A DNA stretch of 62,629 bases, counting the filler. It is 7 parts of 7 records of this genome, joined end to end, with 100 filler letters (N's around TTAATTAATTAA, not from the genome) between each part and the next. Parts side by side here need not be neighbours in the genome. Positions count along the whole stretch, not along the records: positions 1 to 5,730 come from SRR31156797_11685; positions 5,831 to 14,623 come from SRR31156797_11687; 5 more parts are not named here. The stretch is one strand, 5' to 3'. Shown here piece by piece: positions 1-10,287 of this stretch (its first letter is position 1; each line of letters opens with the position of its first letter). The translations under genes and the position numbers were made by a program. Under the pieces are notes generated by a model. It had not been told where the DNA came from. It saw only the letters and a list, made by a program, of their open reading frames with translations, and searched no databases.

Positions 1-231
1 TCTTTTTTTCATCCATTCTTTTACAAGGTTATAAGTTTTTGTAGTAGGTTTTGCATATCCATATACTCCATGAGTTGCTCTTTTAATGATTGCATCATTT
101 ATTACATCAGGAGTTTTAAAATCCATATCAGCTACCCAAAGTGGTTGTAAATCAGAATATCCAAAGTATGTTTCTAGTGCATCATATTTAGCACAAGATG
201 TTCCTTTTCTATTTACTATCTCATCAAACAT
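1..231 (-). CDS. MalY/PatB family PLP-dependent C-S lyase, 5' part (runs off window start)
   Basis: Manual translation from ATG 231: MFDEIVNRKGTSCAKYDALETYFGYSDLQPLWVADMDFKTPDVINDAIIKRATHGVYGYAKP. The R-x-GT-x-x-x-K-x-D, PLWVADMDF and HGVYGY motifs are typical of MalY/PatB. Not in the ORF track. Confidence 0.9.
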   Translation of the reverse strand, partial: MFDEIVNRKGTSCAKYDALETYFGYSDLQPLWVADMDFKTPDVINDAIIKRATHGVYGYAKPTTKTYNLVKEWMKKR

Positions 232-315
232 ATATATTACCTCTACTATAAACTATTTTTTAATGATAAAATGATATAAAACTTATACTAACAATTAGTT
301 TACTATGAGGAAGAA

Positions 316-2130
316 ATGAAAGAAGCTATTGAAATTTTAAAAAAGAATGATCTTTTAAGAATCATTGATGACGAGTTGGATATATATTTAGAGATACCAC
401 ACATCGCTTATGTTGAAGTAAAAAAAGAAGACTCAAAGGCATTATTATTTACAAATGTTGTAGATAGAAAAAACAATAAAAAATTTGATATTCCAGTATT
501 AATGAATGTATTCTGTAATGAAAAAGCGGTAAAACTTTTCATTGGAGATGGAGATAAGATTGGAAAAGAGATTGAATCTTTATTAAAAATGAAGCCACCT
601 ACAACATTAAGTGAAAAACTTTCTACTTTTGGAAAACTATTTGCACTTAAAAATACAATTCCTAAAAAGAATAGGGGAAAAGGTGAGTGCCAAGAAGTAA
701 TAAAACTTGGAAGTGAAGCAAAACTTTCAGACCTTCCTATCTTAACTACATGGGAACAAGATGGTGGTCCTTTTATTACAATGGGACAAGTTTATACTAC
801 ATCTTTAGATGGTGAAATGAAAAATGTTGGTATGTATAGACTTCAAGTATATGATGACAATACATTAGGAATGCACTGGCAGATTCATAAAGATTCGAAT
901 CATTTCTTCCATGAGTATAAAAAAGCTGGAAAGAAAATGCCAGTTTCAATTGGAATAGGTGGAGATCCGATGTATATTTGGTGTGGACAAGCTCCATTAC
1001 CTATTGGTGTATTTGAATTAATGTTATATGGTTTTGTAAAAAATAAAAATGCACAACTAGTAAAATCAATTACAAATGATATTTATGTACCAAAAGACAA
1101 TGACTTTGTAATAGAAGGTTTTGTTGATACAAGCAAAATGAAAATTGAAGGACCATTTGGGGATCATACTGGATATTATACTTTAGAAGAAGAGTATCCT
1201 TTTATGGAAGTAACTGCAATTACTCATAAAAAAGAGCCTACATATTTAGCAACAGTAGTTGGAAAACCACCATTAGAAGATAAGTATATGGGGTATGCTA
1301 CAGAGAGAATTTTCCTACCATTACTTAAAACAACTGCTCCTGATTTAATTGATTATTGTATGCCAGAAAATGGAGTTTTCCATAACCTGATTTTAGCAAA
1401 AATCAAAACACTCTACCCTGGACACGCAAGTCAAATGATGCATGCTTTCTGGGGAGTAGGGCAAATGTCATTTGTAAAACATGCAATTTTTGTAAATGAA
1501 GATGCACCTGATTTAGAAGATTTTGATGCAATTACTGAACACATATTAAATAGAATTGATATTGAAGAGTTCCTTGTATCAAAGGGAGTTATTGATGCAC
1601 TTGACCATACAAGTCCTAAGTTTGCAGTGGGTGGAAAACTTGGTCTTGATTGTACAGGTGAAGAAGTAAAAGAACTTGGAATTACTCTATTAAGTGATGA
1701 TGAACTTTTAAAGAAAGTAAATGAACTTACAGATGAAGTTAAACAATTAAAACAATACTATACTCATACGAAAAACCCTGTAACTGTTATAGCTGTTGAT
1801 AAGAAAAGAAATCAAAAAGAGATTTTTGAATTATTAAAACCTTTATATAAAAATATAAAAATATTAATCATAATTGATGATGCAAACCAAAATGATGTAA
1901 ATAATCCATATATGTTAGTTTGGAGAGTTACAAATAATATAGATTCAAATAGAGATTTATATATTGAAGATAATACTATTTGTTTAGATGCAACAAATAA
2001 AAATGATTATGATAACTTCAAAAGAAGATGGCCTGATGATGTTGATTGTTCGAAAGAAGTAATTGATAGTTTAAGACAAAGAGGTATTTTAGATATTTCA
2101 GATGAGTTTATAAAGAAGTTTCAATTATAA
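316..2130 (+). CDS. UbiD-family decarboxylase, menaquinone (futalosine pathway) MqnL type
   Basis: NVGMYRLQ, EGPFGDHTGYY and VVGKPPLED UbiD motifs; about 600 aa with a duplicated C-terminal subdomain as in Campylobacterota; RBS GAGG. Confidence 0.9.
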   Translation: MKEAIEILKKNDLLRIIDDELDIYLEIPHIAYVEVKKEDSKALLFTNVVDRKNNKKFDIPVLMNVFCNEKAVKLFIGDGDKIGKEIESLLKMKPPTTLSEKLSTFGKLFALKNTIPKKNRGKGECQEVIKLGSEAKLSDLPILTTWEQDGGPFITMGQVYTTSLDGEMKNVGMYRLQVYDDNTLGMHWQIHKDSNHFFHEYKKAGKKMPVSIGIGGDPMYIWCGQAPLPIGVFELMLYGFVKNKNAQLVKSITNDIYVPKDNDFVIEGFVDTSKMKIEGPFGDHTGYYTLEEEYPFMEVTAITHKKEPTYLATVVGKPPLEDKYMGYATERIFLPLLKTTAPDLIDYCMPENGVFHNLILAKIKTLYPGHASQMMHAFWGVGQMSFVKHAIFVNEDAPDLEDFDAITEHILNRIDIEEFLVSKGVIDALDHTSPKFAVGGKLGLDCTGEEVKELGITLLSDDELLKKVNELTDEVKQLKQYYTHTKNPVTVIAVDKKRNQKEIFELLKPLYKNIKILIIIDDANQNDVNNPYMLVWRVTNNIDSNRDLYIEDNTICLDATNKNDYDNFKRRWPDDVDCSKEVIDSLRQRGILDISDEFIKKFQL

Positions 2131-2143
2131 AAGTTAAAGTAGT

Positions 2144-4423
2144 TTAAACTACTTTAACTTCATTTTTTCCGTTTCTTTTAACATAATACATTGCATTATC
2201 GGCTCTTGTTAATAAAGAGTCTGCACAATCTGTCTCTTCAAATTGAGATACTCCAAAACTACAAGTGACTTTTCTATCTATTTCAAAATCAAAGTTAGCA
2301 ATTTTTTCTTTTAGTAAGTATGCAATATTTTTTGCTTGTACCTTATTTGTTTCAGGTAGGATAATAATAAACTCTTCTCCACCCCATCTTCCAAAGGAGT
2401 CAGTCTTTCTCATTGTATTATTTACTAAAGAAGATATTTTCTCTAAAACATTATCACCAGTTGAATGTCCAAGTTGGTCATTGATTAGCTTAAAGTTATC
2501 TACATCAAAGAAAATCAAAGATAAACCTCTATTATATCGCTTTTCTCTATTTAGCTCTAATTCTAAAATAGATTCAATTTTTCTTCTACTAAAGGCATTT
2601 GTTAATCCATCAATATGAGCTATCTTACTTAACTCTTCTTCAGCAAGTTTTCTTTTTTTTATCTCTTTATTTAGTTTTCTATTGTTAATTACAACTATTA
2701 TGATTAGAATTGAAAGAAAGGCAATTATTTTATAAACCCATGAGTAATCTTTTTCTGGTTCATAGATAATAGAGTTATATTTATCTCTAATAAGTTTTCT
2801 CTCTTCATCAGTAATTGTTGAGATTGCTTTATTTAATATATTAAGAAGAAATCTGTTTTCTTTATTTACATGAAGTCTAAGTTCATAGTTTTCATTATAA
2901 ATCCCAGAAATTTTAGCATTTGAGATTGTTTTTTTAGTAATATTATATGATAAAGCAGGAAGTTTACCTAAAATCCCATAAACCTTATTTTTTTGAAGTA
3001 AGTCAAAAGACTCATTTATACTAGCTGTTTCAACAAAATTGATTTTTGGATATTTCTTTTTTAAATCTTTATAATATGAAGCATATTTTGTAATAGCAAT
3101 TTTTTTATTTGCTAATTCTGTTATTGCTGTTGTATATGGTTTATCTACTAAAGTAGTTAGTGCAAGTTTAATTTTATCTACACTCATACTCATGTTTGAG
3201 TTTATATTTTCATAATCTACAGTTCCAAATGCATATTTTAAATTATTTGCATTTGTATTTATTTTTTCATTTGCTTCTTTATTGTTGTTGATTACTTCAA
3301 TTGCTGAGATTAGATTTAGTTTTTTCCTTACAAGATTCCAGTAATCAATCTCTATTCCTGAAAGTTTATTATCTGTTTCAATTGTAAAAGGTGGAAAGTT
3401 AGAATTAGAAATAAGATTTATTTGATAATTTCTAATATATTTTTTTTCTTCTTGAGTTAAGTTTATTTTTTTAGGATTGTAAATTATATCTTCAAGTTTA
3501 AAATTTATTGCACTATCACTTAATCCAAGTAATAAATAAAGTCTTTTTATCTCTTCAACTTTTTTATAATCAATATTTCCTAAGTTTCCTTCTTCAAACT
3601 GGGCAAGTTCTTTTAAGATTTTGGCTTCATATTTTAAAGCTTCAAGAGATTTATTTTGTGTATTATATTTCTCATAGATAATTTTTACTGTTTCATCAAT
3701 ATTTTCAAAAGCATATTTCCAACCTTTTAAAACAGCTCTATGCATTTTTCTAACTCTAATTGGATTTTGTCTTAACTCTTCTTGTGAAGTGAAAAACAGT
3801 CCTCCATAAAACTCAAAGCCATATTCACTTGGATTATGAATCTTAAACTCTATATTTTTAGAGTCTAAAATATAAGGTTCATTAGATAAATAACATCCCA
3901 TAGCATCAGTTTTACCACTTATTAAATCTTCAAGTTTAAAAGAGTGTTGTTGGAAGTTTATATCTTTTAAGTTTAAGCCTTGAGATATAATCATAGAGTT
4001 AATAGCAGCAGCTGACCTCGCATCAGGGGTTAGCATAACTTTTTTATCTTTTAAGTCTTTTATTTTTTTAATATTTGAATTGTTAAGTGATATTAAGACC
4101 ATTGGTGAGTTTTGATAAATAGCTGCTAATAGAACTACTTTTTTTCCTTCTAGTCTATCTATTATTAAAGATGATTTTCCTACAGCATAACTAGCTTTAG
4201 AGTTTAATACTCCATTTACTAAATCTACATCGAAGTCAAACTCTTTAATTATAACATCTAAGTTTTCTTCTTTGAAGTAACCCTTTTCTTTTGCTATATA
4301 ATAACCTGCAAATTGAAATTGATGTAACCAATCCAATTGAATTGAAATTTTTTCTTCTTTTGCTTGAAGTACTAAAGTATTAAAAAGTAAAGATATTAGT
4401 AAAAATATTTTGTAGATATTCAT
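2144..4423 (-). CDS. Membrane diguanylate cyclase: NMT1/THI5-like PBP + SBP_bac_3-like PBP + TM + GGDEF
   Basis: Signal peptide; QLDWLHQFQFAGYYIAKEKGYF (NMT1-like sensor); NFPPF...GIEIDY (second PBP); one TM helix; DGLT, DVDNFKLIND, RKTD I-site and GGEEF. Confidence 0.9.
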   Translation of the reverse strand: MNIYKIFLLISLLFNTLVLQAKEEKISIQLDWLHQFQFAGYYIAKEKGYFKEENLDVIIKEFDFDVDLVNGVLNSKASYAVGKSSLIIDRLEGKKVVLLAAIYQNSPMVLISLNNSNIKKIKDLKDKKVMLTPDARSAAAINSMIISQGLNLKDINFQQHSFKLEDLISGKTDAMGCYLSNEPYILDSKNIEFKIHNPSEYGFEFYGGLFFTSQEELRQNPIRVRKMHRAVLKGWKYAFENIDETVKIIYEKYNTQNKSLEALKYEAKILKELAQFEEGNLGNIDYKKVEEIKRLYLLLGLSDSAINFKLEDIIYNPKKINLTQEEKKYIRNYQINLISNSNFPPFTIETDNKLSGIEIDYWNLVRKKLNLISAIEVINNNKEANEKINTNANNLKYAFGTVDYENINSNMSMSVDKIKLALTTLVDKPYTTAITELANKKIAITKYASYYKDLKKKYPKINFVETASINESFDLLQKNKVYGILGKLPALSYNITKKTISNAKISGIYNENYELRLHVNKENRFLLNILNKAISTITDEERKLIRDKYNSIIYEPEKDYSWVYKIIAFLSILIIIVVINNRKLNKEIKKRKLAEEELSKIAHIDGLTNAFSRRKIESILELELNREKRYNRGLSLIFFDVDNFKLINDQLGHSTGDNVLEKISSLVNNTMRKTDSFGRWGGEEFIIILPETNKVQAKNIAYLLKEKIANFDFEIDRKVTCSFGVSQFEETDCADSLLTRADNAMYYVKRNGKNEVKVV

Positions 4424-4516
4424 GAAGAAAGTATATCTAAATAATATAAAATATAATCCATATGGATTTAATATATTTGTTGCTATAATACATGTTCTAA
4501 AAATAGGAGAAAGTTA

Positions 4517-5086
4517 ATGATTTTAATGATCGATAATTACGATTCATTCACATACAATATTGTTCAGTACTGCTTAGAGTTAGGAGCAGACTTAAAAGTA
4601 ATTAGAAATGATGAGTTAAGTGTAGAAGAAATAGAAAAATTAAATCCTGAAAAAATTATAATCTCTCCAGGACCAGCAACTCCTGATGATGCAGGTGTTT
4701 GTTTAGAAGCAATAGAATATTTTGCTGATAAAAAACCAATTTTAGGTATTTGTTTAGGACATCAAAGTATTGCTCAAGTATTTGGCGCAAAGGTTATAAG
4801 AGCAAAAAATATGATGCATGGTAAAACTTCAAATATTAAAATTGAAAAAGATACAAAGATTTTTAACGAACTACCAAGTGAATTTACTCAAACTAGATAT
4901 CACTCTTTAACTGTTGAAAAGGAAAGTTTACCAGCTGAGGTGATTCCTACATCATATAGTACAGATGATAATGAAATTATGTCTTTAGAGATTAAAGACA
5001 AAAATATTTATGGAGTTCAGTTTCACCCAGAATCAATTATGAGTGAATATGGACATAAGATTATAGATAACTTCTTGAAGATATGA
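4517..5086 (+). CDS. trpG: Anthranilate/aminodeoxychorismate synthase component II (class I glutamine amidotransferase)
   Basis: IDNYDSFTYN, ISPGPATP, GICLGHQ, RYHSL and GVQFHPES motifs. pabA cannot be excluded. Confidence 0.9.
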   Translation: MILMIDNYDSFTYNIVQYCLELGADLKVIRNDELSVEEIEKLNPEKIIISPGPATPDDAGVCLEAIEYFADKKPILGICLGHQSIAQVFGAKVIRAKNMMHGKTSNIKIEKDTKIFNELPSEFTQTRYHSLTVEKESLPAEVIPTSYSTDDNEIMSLEIKDKNIYGVQFHPESIMSEYGHKIIDNFLKI

Positions 5087-5730
5087 AAACAGTAGCTAGT
5101 GCATATAAATATTTATTCTTACTATTCTTTTTTGTAGTTTTATCTGCACTAGTTTACAATATTCTTAACCTTAGTATTTCATATAAAGAGGCTTTAAACT
5201 TTTTTATTAATAACTCTTTATTGAGTATTATTACAAATGCTTCAACTATTATCTTAGGTCAAAATGACTTTGGTCTGAGATTTCCTTTTTTACTTTTTTA
5301 TATTCTTTCTGTTTTTTTAATGTATAAACTAACAGAAGACTTTTTTAAAAAAGAGTCTGATAGATATATAAATTTAGCTATCTTTTCTATTTTACCAGGA
5401 CTTTTAAGTGCTTCAATACTTGTAAATAGTGCTATTATAGTTACTTTTTTCACTCTTTTATATATATACATATTCAAAGTAACAAGTAAACACTCATATA
5501 TATTATTGGTATTATTTTTATTTTTAGATAATTCATTTGCTATATTTTTTCTAGCACTATTCTTTTATTCTCTTAAAAAAAGAGATACAAATTTACTTGT
5601 AGTTTCATTAGTTCTATTTGGTATTTCAATGGGAATATATGGATTTGATAGTGGAGGGAAACCCAAAGGTTTCTTAATAGATACTTTTGCTATTTATGCA
5701 TCTATCTTTTCACCTTTATTATTTATATAC
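5083..5730 (+). CDS. Polytopic membrane protein, probable glycosyltransferase family 39 (ArnT/PMT_2-like), 3'-truncated
   Basis: Many hydrophobic helices; LGQNDFGLRFPFLL resembles the GT39 'FGxxxxxxRLP' motif; overlaps the trpG stop (ATGA). Confidence 0.6.
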
Positions 5731-5830
5731 NNNNNNNNNNNNNNNNNNNNNNNNNNNNNNNNNNNNNNNNNNNNTTAATTAATTAANNNNNNNNNNNNNN
5801 NNNNNNNNNNNNNNNNNNNNNNNNNNNNNN
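5731..5830. other. Artificial contig linker (N44-TTAATTAATTAA-N44)
   Basis: 100-nt N pad with a 12-mer giving stops in all six frames; composition changes sharply across it. Confidence 0.98.
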
Positions 5831-5831
5831 G

Positions 5832-6779
5832 TATACCAACCTTGTGGGCAGCTATCATTCGACCGCTCCCCATCCGGACAAGTTCACCCTCAACCCCGGT
5901 TCCGATGCGCTCCCCAAGTGCTTGACCCTCGTTCAGATCGATCTCACCAGCCAACATGAGGTCAACCGCTTCTTCAAGGCAATCCGGCCGGATCATGTAT
6001 TCCTTGCCGCGGCAAAGGTCGGGGGCATCCATGCCAACAACACCTTCCCGGCCCAGTTTATCCATGAGAACCTTGCCATCCAGGGAAACATCATCCACGC
6101 CGCCTATGAAACCAAGGTCAAGCGACTCCTCTTCCTCGGCTCCTCCTGTATCTATCCCAAGCAGGCCCCCCAGCCCATGAAAGAGGAGCATCTGCTCACC
6201 GGTCTCTTAGAGCCGACCAACGAGCCCTATGCCATTGCAAAGATCGCCGGCATCAAGATGTGCGAAGCCTACAATCGCCAGTATGGCACAAAATTCATTG
6301 CCGTCATGCCCACCAACCTCTACGGGCCTAACGACAATTTCGATCTCGAGACCTCCCATGTGCTTCCGGCGCTCATCCGTAAGTTCCACGAAGCCAAGCA
6401 ATCCGGTGCACCGGAAGTAACCATCTGGGGAACCGGTTCCCCCAAAAGGGAGTTCCTCCACGTGGACGACATGGCAGACGCGTCCGTATTTGTCATGGAC
6501 CTCCCCGACCCTGTTATCGAAGAGCATCTCACCAACTATCCCAATCCCTGTTTCGTCAATGTGGGCACCGGCACGGACTGCACCATCAAAGAAGTTGCCG
6601 AAACCATAAAAGATGTTGTAGGATACAAGGGATCTCTGAGATTCGATACCTCAAAACCCGACGGCACTCCCCGGAAACTTCTTGATGTTTCACAACTGCA
6701 AGACTTAGGCTGCACAGCAAAGCTTGATCTCAAAACAGGGATCGAAAATACATACAACTGGTATTGCGAACGCTTATAA
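5832..6779 (+). CDS. fcl: GDP-L-fucose synthase, 5'-truncated
   Basis: [35 protein letters not shown] (YxxxK), [27 protein letters not shown] and KPDGTPRK motifs. Confidence 0.95.
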   Translation, partial: YTNLVGSYHSTAPHPDKFTLNPGSDALPKCLTLVQIDLTSQHEVNRFFKAIRPDHVFLAAAKVGGIHANNTFPAQFIHENLAIQGNIIHAAYETKVKRLLFLGSSCIYPKQAPQPMKEEHLLTGLLEPTNEPYAIAKIAGIKMCEAYNRQYGTKFIAVMPTNLYGPNDNFDLETSHVLPALIRKFHEAKQSGAPEVTIWGTGSPKREFLHVDDMADASVFVMDLPDPVIEEHLTNYPNPCFVNVGTGTDCTIKEVAETIKDVVGYKGSLRFDTSKPDGTPRKLLDVSQLQDLGCTAKLDLKTGIENTYNWYCERL

Positions 6780-6815
6780 CCCCTTTGTTTCCCATATTAT
6801 TCTGGAAGATAACCT

Positions 6816-8534
6816 ATGACTGCTGCTTCAATAATAACGCCCCATGGACAAAGTGAACTTGTCAATCTGCTTGTTGACGAGAAGCGGAATCGGCTTTTAA
6901 AAGAGCTTACGTCGACAATGCCGGAAGTGATACTTAACGACCGTCAGATCTGTGATTTCGAACTTTTGACAACAGGTGTCTTCTCACCCCTCACCGGTTT
7001 TATGAAAAGAATTGATTATGAATCGGTTCTTGATCGAATGCGTCTGGAGACCGGCGAACCATGGCCTGTCCCAATATGCCTTGATATTCCAGAAACCCTT
7101 GCGCTGTCCCTTGAAACAGGGCAATCTGTCGTTTTTCGGGATCAGGAAGGGTTTCTGCTAGGGGTGATGAGCATCGATGACATCTGGCCGGTTGAAATTG
7201 AAAAAGAAGCCCTGGCGGTATATGGCAGCCTTGATAGAAGTCATCCGGGTGTGGAGTATCTTTTTAACAGATCAGGAAAGTATTATATTGGAGGTCGTAT
7301 TGAAGCATTAAATCTCCCAATACACTCTGATTTCAAACAGATCCGGTTGACTCCAGCAGAAGTGAGAACCGTATTTGCACGATTAGGATGGACACGCATC
7401 GTCGGTTTTCAGACAAGACAACCCTTGCACAGGCCCCAGTTTGAAATGATCATACAGGCAATGAGAAAGGCAAAGGCAAATCTATTGCTCCTGCCCATTG
7501 CAGGGGTTACAAAACCGGGAGATTTTGATCATTATACAAGAATGCGCTGTTACAAAAAGGTTGCATCCCATTTCCCACCCGATTCTTTTGTTCTGAATCT
7601 GCTTCCCCTGGCCACGAGAATGGCAGGACCAAGGGAAGCGTTGCTACACATGATAATCGGAAGAAATTTCGGCTGCACACACTTTGTCATCGGGCATGAT
7701 CACGCAAGTCCGGGACAGGACAGCACCGGTAAACCGTTTTACAGGTTTGATGAAGCGCAACTCCTTGTCAGGCAAGCAGGCAGGGAGGTTGAGGTTGAGG
7801 CAGTGTCGTTTGAAGAAATGGTCTACCTCCCATTTGAGGATGAATACCGGCTTGCAACGGAAGTGCCCAAAGATACTCAGACCATCTCCCTGTCAGGAAC
7901 AGATATTCGCAAGCGAATCAAAGCAGGAAAAAAAGTGCCCGACTGGGCAACTTTTCCAAAAGTGATCGAGGAACTCAGAAAATCTTATCCCCCACCATCC
8001 GAACAAGGGTTTACAGTCTTTTTTACCGGTTTTTCTGGAGCCGGGAAATCGACCATTGCCAAGGTCCTTTACTCTCGATTCCTGGAGATGAGCACACGGC
8101 CCGTCACACTGCTTGATGGTGATATCGTTCGAAGAAACCTTTCCAGTGAATTGAATTTTTCAAGGGAACACCGTGACATCAATGTTAAACGAATAGGATT
8201 TGTGGCAGGGGAGATCACAAAGAACCGTGGGATCGCCATCTGTGCGCCCATTGCCCCCTATGAAAACACCCGTTCTGAAATCAGAACCTCCATAGAGGAG
8301 TATGGCGGTTTTTTTGAAGTACATGTATCAACGCCCATTGAGGAATGTGAAAAAAGAGACCGAAAGGGCATGTATGCAAAAGCAAGAGCGGGACTTCTCA
8401 AAGGGTTTACAGGGGTTGATGACCCCTATGAGATTCCTTTTCAACCCGAACTTCGCATCGATACGACAAATCTGACACCAGATGAAGCCGTCCAGGAGAT
8501 TCTTCTCAGTATCGGCCAGAAAGGATTTATTTAG
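6816..8534 (+). CDS. cysC: Bifunctional-type sulfate adenylyltransferase / adenylylsulfate kinase fusion (sulfurylase motifs degenerate)
   Basis: N-terminal Sat fold (FSPLTGFM, MAGPREALLH, NFGCTHF). C-terminal APS kinase with P-loop GFSGAGKST, LLDGDIVR, KGMYAKAR and GFTGVDDPYE. Confidence 0.92.
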   Translation: MTAASIITPHGQSELVNLLVDEKRNRLLKELTSTMPEVILNDRQICDFELLTTGVFSPLTGFMKRIDYESVLDRMRLETGEPWPVPICLDIPETLALSLETGQSVVFRDQEGFLLGVMSIDDIWPVEIEKEALAVYGSLDRSHPGVEYLFNRSGKYYIGGRIEALNLPIHSDFKQIRLTPAEVRTVFARLGWTRIVGFQTRQPLHRPQFEMIIQAMRKAKANLLLLPIAGVTKPGDFDHYTRMRCYKKVASHFPPDSFVLNLLPLATRMAGPREALLHMIIGRNFGCTHFVIGHDHASPGQDSTGKPFYRFDEAQLLVRQAGREVEVEAVSFEEMVYLPFEDEYRLATEVPKDTQTISLSGTDIRKRIKAGKKVPDWATFPKVIEELRKSYPPPSEQGFTVFFTGFSGAGKSTIAKVLYSRFLEMSTRPVTLLDGDIVRRNLSSELNFSREHRDINVKRIGFVAGEITKNRGIAICAPIAPYENTRSEIRTSIEEYGGFFEVHVSTPIEECEKRDRKGMYAKARAGLLKGFTGVDDPYEIPFQPELRIDTTNLTPDEAVQEILLSIGQKGFI

Positions 8535-8611
8535 TGAATAACGTATATTGTTACTGTTTTATATGAAAAGGAAAATAACTTAATGGTATTTAATGAGATT
8601 GGAGGTGCGTA

Positions 8612-9805
8612 ATGAAAAAATCTTTTACCTTTAAATTATTTTTATTATTAATGGCTTTAACATTTAGCCCGCTTTGTTTGTTTGCGGATACATATTTTGT
8701 AAGGCCAAACCAAGGGGAATATGGTGTTGAGAATGGATTGACCTACGAAACCGCATTTGATGGTTGGGATAGAATTTATTGGGGGGAAGGAAAGGGTAAA
8801 GTCGGCCCCGGAGATACTTTGTTTCTATGTGGAAAATTTGAAAGTGATTATATCAACATTACCATCGATGGAACTGAAACGAAAAGGATAGTATTCCGGG
8901 GGGATTACAATGTCGAACCCGGCTTCGTTAATGCTAATGGCAGATCTAAAGCTATACGGCTTGATGGAGCAGCGTTTATTACTTTAAAAAGTATTGTAGT
9001 GAAAGGAGCAAAAAACGCAGGGATAGGCTGTGCTTCTCAATGCAAGGGGTTAATTCTTGACAATGTTGTAAGCCATGATAATGAAGGGAGCGGGATTGAA
9101 GTTTCAGGGCAGGATTTAATACTTAGAAATTGCACCTCATACAATAATAAACACTCAGGGATAAGAGTGTCTTGGGCGGACAACTCAAGAGTCTTGAACT
9201 CCCATGTCTATAATAATGGTACCGACGGAAACAATAATGATGGTATTTTTATCGGTAATGGGTCAAAAAAATTTCTGGTAAAAGAGTGCTTTGTTCTGAA
9301 TCAGAAGGGGCAATCAAGCTTTGATGTTTCAGACACGAAAACACAAGAAGGTAGAGTTAGCGGAACTTTTATTGGTTGTAGAGCAATTAACGGACCTACA
9401 TATGGATTCCATAGTTCAATCAACTTCAGGACAACCATCTTCTATAAGAATTGTGAAGCCTCAAATCATAAATATAATTTTCAAGTAGGATTATATAATG
9501 GCGCAGGAGTTAGTTTTATAAACTGTACGGGAAAAAGCGATATTCAAAAAACGGCAGGCTGGACTATACAAGGGAGAGGTGAGCGATATGTTCGGATCGA
9601 AAAGTGTACAGAATATGCACAAAATGCTTTATATGTTATTAATATTGGCGATTCAAAGGGGCTGACTCTTGTTGAAATAAATAATAATTGGTACGGTGGA
9701 GTTGAAGCCTTTTCCAAAATTGACGGAAAAACTCAAAGTTGGGATAAATGGAGATCAAAGGATCAAAGCATTATTAAAAGTAGCAGTCAGTTTTCTCCAT
9801 ACTAA
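8612..9805 (+). CDS. Secreted right-handed parallel beta-helix protein (pectate lyase-like fold)
   Basis: Signal peptide; VGPGDTLFLCG cap motif; repeated N/G-I-x-V...N..S..N strand pattern. Confidence 0.75.
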   Translation: MKKSFTFKLFLLLMALTFSPLCLFADTYFVRPNQGEYGVENGLTYETAFDGWDRIYWGEGKGKVGPGDTLFLCGKFESDYINITIDGTETKRIVFRGDYNVEPGFVNANGRSKAIRLDGAAFITLKSIVVKGAKNAGIGCASQCKGLILDNVVSHDNEGSGIEVSGQDLILRNCTSYNNKHSGIRVSWADNSRVLNSHVYNNGTDGNNNDGIFIGNGSKKFLVKECFVLNQKGQSSFDVSDTKTQEGRVSGTFIGCRAINGPTYGFHSSINFRTTIFYKNCEASNHKYNFQVGLYNGAGVSFINCTGKSDIQKTAGWTIQGRGERYVRIEKCTEYAQNALYVINIGDSKGLTLVEINNNWYGGVEAFSKIDGKTQSWDKWRSKDQSIIKSSSQFSPY

Positions 9806-10287
9806 CAGTTTGTTTTTTCAGCTATGAAAGTTTTACGGTTCTAAGAATTGGATCTGGTTCTAAGGTCTGTCCATAGTTCACAAACCAAAACTTGAAGAAA
9901 CTATGTGTTTTTACAGGGGGATTTGTTTTAGGGGGTTACATGGGGATATCCTATAAAACCTGAAAGAAAGCGGGGGCCAATTCTTGTCTTTGAACTAAAA
10001 CAGATCCGATACCCCCCCCTTTTGTTGTCATACGTTAAATTTTCATAAGGGTTAATCAAATACCACTTGCATTTGGTTAACCCTCTCTCCCTTTCTTGTC
10101 AAGTTGCTTTTCAATCGGGCTTTCCATCGATCCAATTAATGGGCTCTTTTTGTACTCTAAATATTGAAAACATAGTTAATTGCCAGAAGCTGCCATAGAA
10201 AAGGTCAAGAGAGTTCTTTCCGTCTTGGGGAAATCCCATTTTTACTCCATAGTAATGTCTTTGTTTTCGTAAAAGTGAATTGATGTC

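Noticed and set aside
86-274. 62-aa plus-strand ORF in the track
   Set aside because: It is antisense to the motif-supported malY/patB fragment.
5775-5786. TTAATTAATTAA palindrome recurring six times
   Set aside because: Always centred in N padding; it is a synthetic all-frame stop linker, not a biological repeat.
9806-10287. 480-nt intergenic gap in the polysaccharide cluster with G/C runs and a weak inverted pair (TAGTTCA...TGAACTA)
   Set aside because: Too degenerate to call as a REP, IS end or ncRNA from sequence alone.
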